Shown here: positions 35,195-36,900 of the stretch, piece by piece
How positions within the stretch are numbered: the stretch's first letter is position 1
Layout: the number at the start of each line of letters is the position of its first letter
Source of the DNA: Orycteropus afer
Lineage: Eukaryota
Length of the DNA: 36,900 nt
NCBI RefSeq assembly: GCF_000298275.1
Contig: NW_006921853.1
Location: 3,431,147 to 3,468,046, forward strand
Direction of reading: 5' to 3'
Position numbers and translations under genes: made by a program
Notes under the pieces: model-generated
The model's input: the letters and a program-made list of their open reading frames with translations, nothing else
Told to the model about the DNA's origin: nothing
Databases searched by the model: none

Positions 35195-35370
35195 GACCAG
35201 CAGGGCTTTGTAGGTGACAGACACACTGTCTCTGGGCTTACGGGCCTGACAGCAGTCCTTGAACTGGCTCCTTTCCAACCCCAGCCCAGGGGAATAGAAA
35301 AGCCCTTCCAAGCCCAAGTTGCTGCTCTGCCAACATCCTGCTATGCTTCTCTAACCACCAAAGTCCACTT
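35195..35370 (-). other. Degenerate sequence homologous to the MVP exon that should precede the 35020-35114 exon. The human counterpart is ...[40 protein letters not shown]. It is frame-disrupted and contains an in-frame TAG.
   Basis: Minus-strand translations give 'GRKKWTLVVREA*' and, in another frame, 'LGLERSQFKDCCQARKPRDSVSVT'. These are collinear with human '[13 protein letters not shown]...[19 protein letters not shown]' at roughly 65-70% nucleotide identity, with indels. No donor producing the required phase is present. Confidence 0.4.
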
Positions 35371-36264
35371 CTTCCTGCCCATCATGGCCCTAAAAATGGG
35401 CAGCAGATTTAGTTTCTTGAAGAAACAAAATGGCTGGATGCAAGTTCCCAGCCTTGGCCTTCCTGGTCCTACATCCAGGGCAGTGCTTCAGTTTTATTAT
35501 ATGGAAAATGGGGATATATGATAGTATCTCAAAGCTTTGAGATACTAAGTAACATGAGACTCTCTGTCTGTCTCCCTTTCTCTGCTCCCACCCCAGGCAT
35601 CTGAGGTTTAATAACATGATATTTGTGAAGTACTTAGAACCACATCTGGCAGAGTCAGGGATGTGTTTGTTAACTGTGTTTGAATACCTGTTCTGTTCAT
35701 TTAGAACCAGGTAAGAAGGGGCCCCCAGCTCACAGTGAGGAAGGGAAAAAATCCATGTCAACATGATTATGATCACAGGATTAGGGCTGGGGTAGTTGGA
35801 TAATTTGTTATGATCCATGTAGTTGAATCTCTTTGCATTTGTGCAGCCATCCTCTGCCAAACCTATATATACCTATGAGCAACTCCTATTCTCCTTCCTG
35901 TTATGTTCAGTTTACACGTCTACCTATGTATCTACTAGTAGATATTGTTTGTTATTACTGTTACTGCAGGGTTGCATTTATAATACTATTTACCTTTGTT
36001 GTTGTTTACTCTTTTTTGGTTATTATGAACAGTAGTGCAATATACATTGGTGAGGGGTTTCCATTCTTTACATGAAGATTTAATCATTGAAAAGTTGACC
36101 TGACCTACCTCATTTAGAGTGTTAAACACCCTCGAGAGAGAACTTTCTAGATTGTAAGGCCTCAGATGTCTGATCCTGATTTTGGACCAACCTCGGAAAA
36201 AAGCAGACTCACGTTTCATACCACCATGGGGGGGGGGGGATAAAAAACAACCATTGTTTGATTT

Positions 36265-36670
36265 CTTAACTGCTGCTTCCATGGGCATTCATTATGGATC
36301 CAAGTAAAATTAAATCCTTGACAACTTCAGTCTTTTCTCTATTTATCATGATGTTGCTTATTGGCCCAGTTGTGAGGATTTTTGTTTATGTTGCAATATA
36401 AGCCATGCTTAAGTCTTTGATCTTCATCAGTAAGTGCTTCAAGTCCTCTTGTCTTTTAGTGAGGAAGGCTGTGTCATCTGCATACTGCAGGTTGTTAATG
36501 AGTCGTTCTCCAATCCCAGTGCCATGTTTCATATATTCTAGGTTCCTGGATTATTTGCTCAGCACACAGATTGAATAAGTATGGTGAAGGGCTAGAACGC
36601 TAACACACACTTTTCCTGATTTTAAACCATGCAGTATGCTCTTGTTCTGTTTAGATGACTGCCTGTTTGT
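36265..36670 (-). mobile_element. RTE/BovB-type LINE RT fragment.
   Basis: The plus strand matches the antisense of RTE copies at 13500-13800 and 23100-23380: '...gatcttcatcagtaagtgcttcaagtc...gtcatctgcata...gttgttaatgagtc...ggattatttgctcagcacacagattgaataagtatggtgaagg'. Minus ORF 35986..36288 begins 'MPMEAAVK'. Confidence 0.7.
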
Positions 36671-36671
36671 C

Positions 36672-36890
36672 TATGTATGTTGTTGTTGTTATGTGCCGTC
36701 GAGTCGGACCTGACTCACAGTGACACCTCCTTGGGTTTCTGAGGCAGTATCACTACGGAAGTAGATTGCCCCATCTTCCTTCCGAGGAGTGGCTGGTGGG
36801 TTTGAACCGCCAGCCTTCTGATTAGCAGTCAAATGCCTTAGGCACTACACTACCAGAGCTCCCCCAAAAGAGAGTATTACCTTTAAAAAG
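36672..36890 (-). mobile_element. AfroSINE.
   Basis: 'gttgttgttgttatgtgccgtcgagtcggacctgactcacagtgacacc...gggtttgaaccgccagccttctgattagcagtcaaatgccttaggcactacactaccagagctccc'. Confidence 0.8.
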
Positions 36891-36900
36891 GGGTCCAAGA

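Overview
This window is mammalian nuclear DNA, almost certainly from an afrotherian such as an elephant. The evidence is about ten tRNA-derived AfroSINE copies and many BovB/RTE-type LINE fragments, alongside L1 fragments. It is not prokaryotic or viral, and I found no CRISPR array, operon or defence-island-like structure.

The one host gene I can support is MVP (major vault protein), on the minus strand. Ten exons are identifiable, with canonical GT...AG introns and one AAG acceptor. They encode a protein collinear with human MVP from the ...GEEWLV repeat domain to the C-terminal ...HIVP stop, about 690 aa. The gene ends at 18166 and an AATAAA signal follows 16 nt downstream. The 5' exons, roughly the first 200 codons, were not found and are probably beyond 36900. 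Immediately upstream of the first intact exon lies a degenerate, frame-disrupted copy of the expected preceding exon.

The rest of the window, well over half, is interspersed repeats: L1 5' regions and 3'-UTR-derived fragments, RTE elements, AfroSINEs, a 48-bp minisatellite and several nested insertions with intact target-site duplications. A 9.2-kb MVP intron is packed with these repeats.

I found no undescribed biological system in this window. The most interesting items are the decayed exon-like segment, the repeat-bloated intron, the minisatellite and the nested-insertion chronology. All coordinates were counted by hand from the printed sequence and could be off by a few nucleotides.
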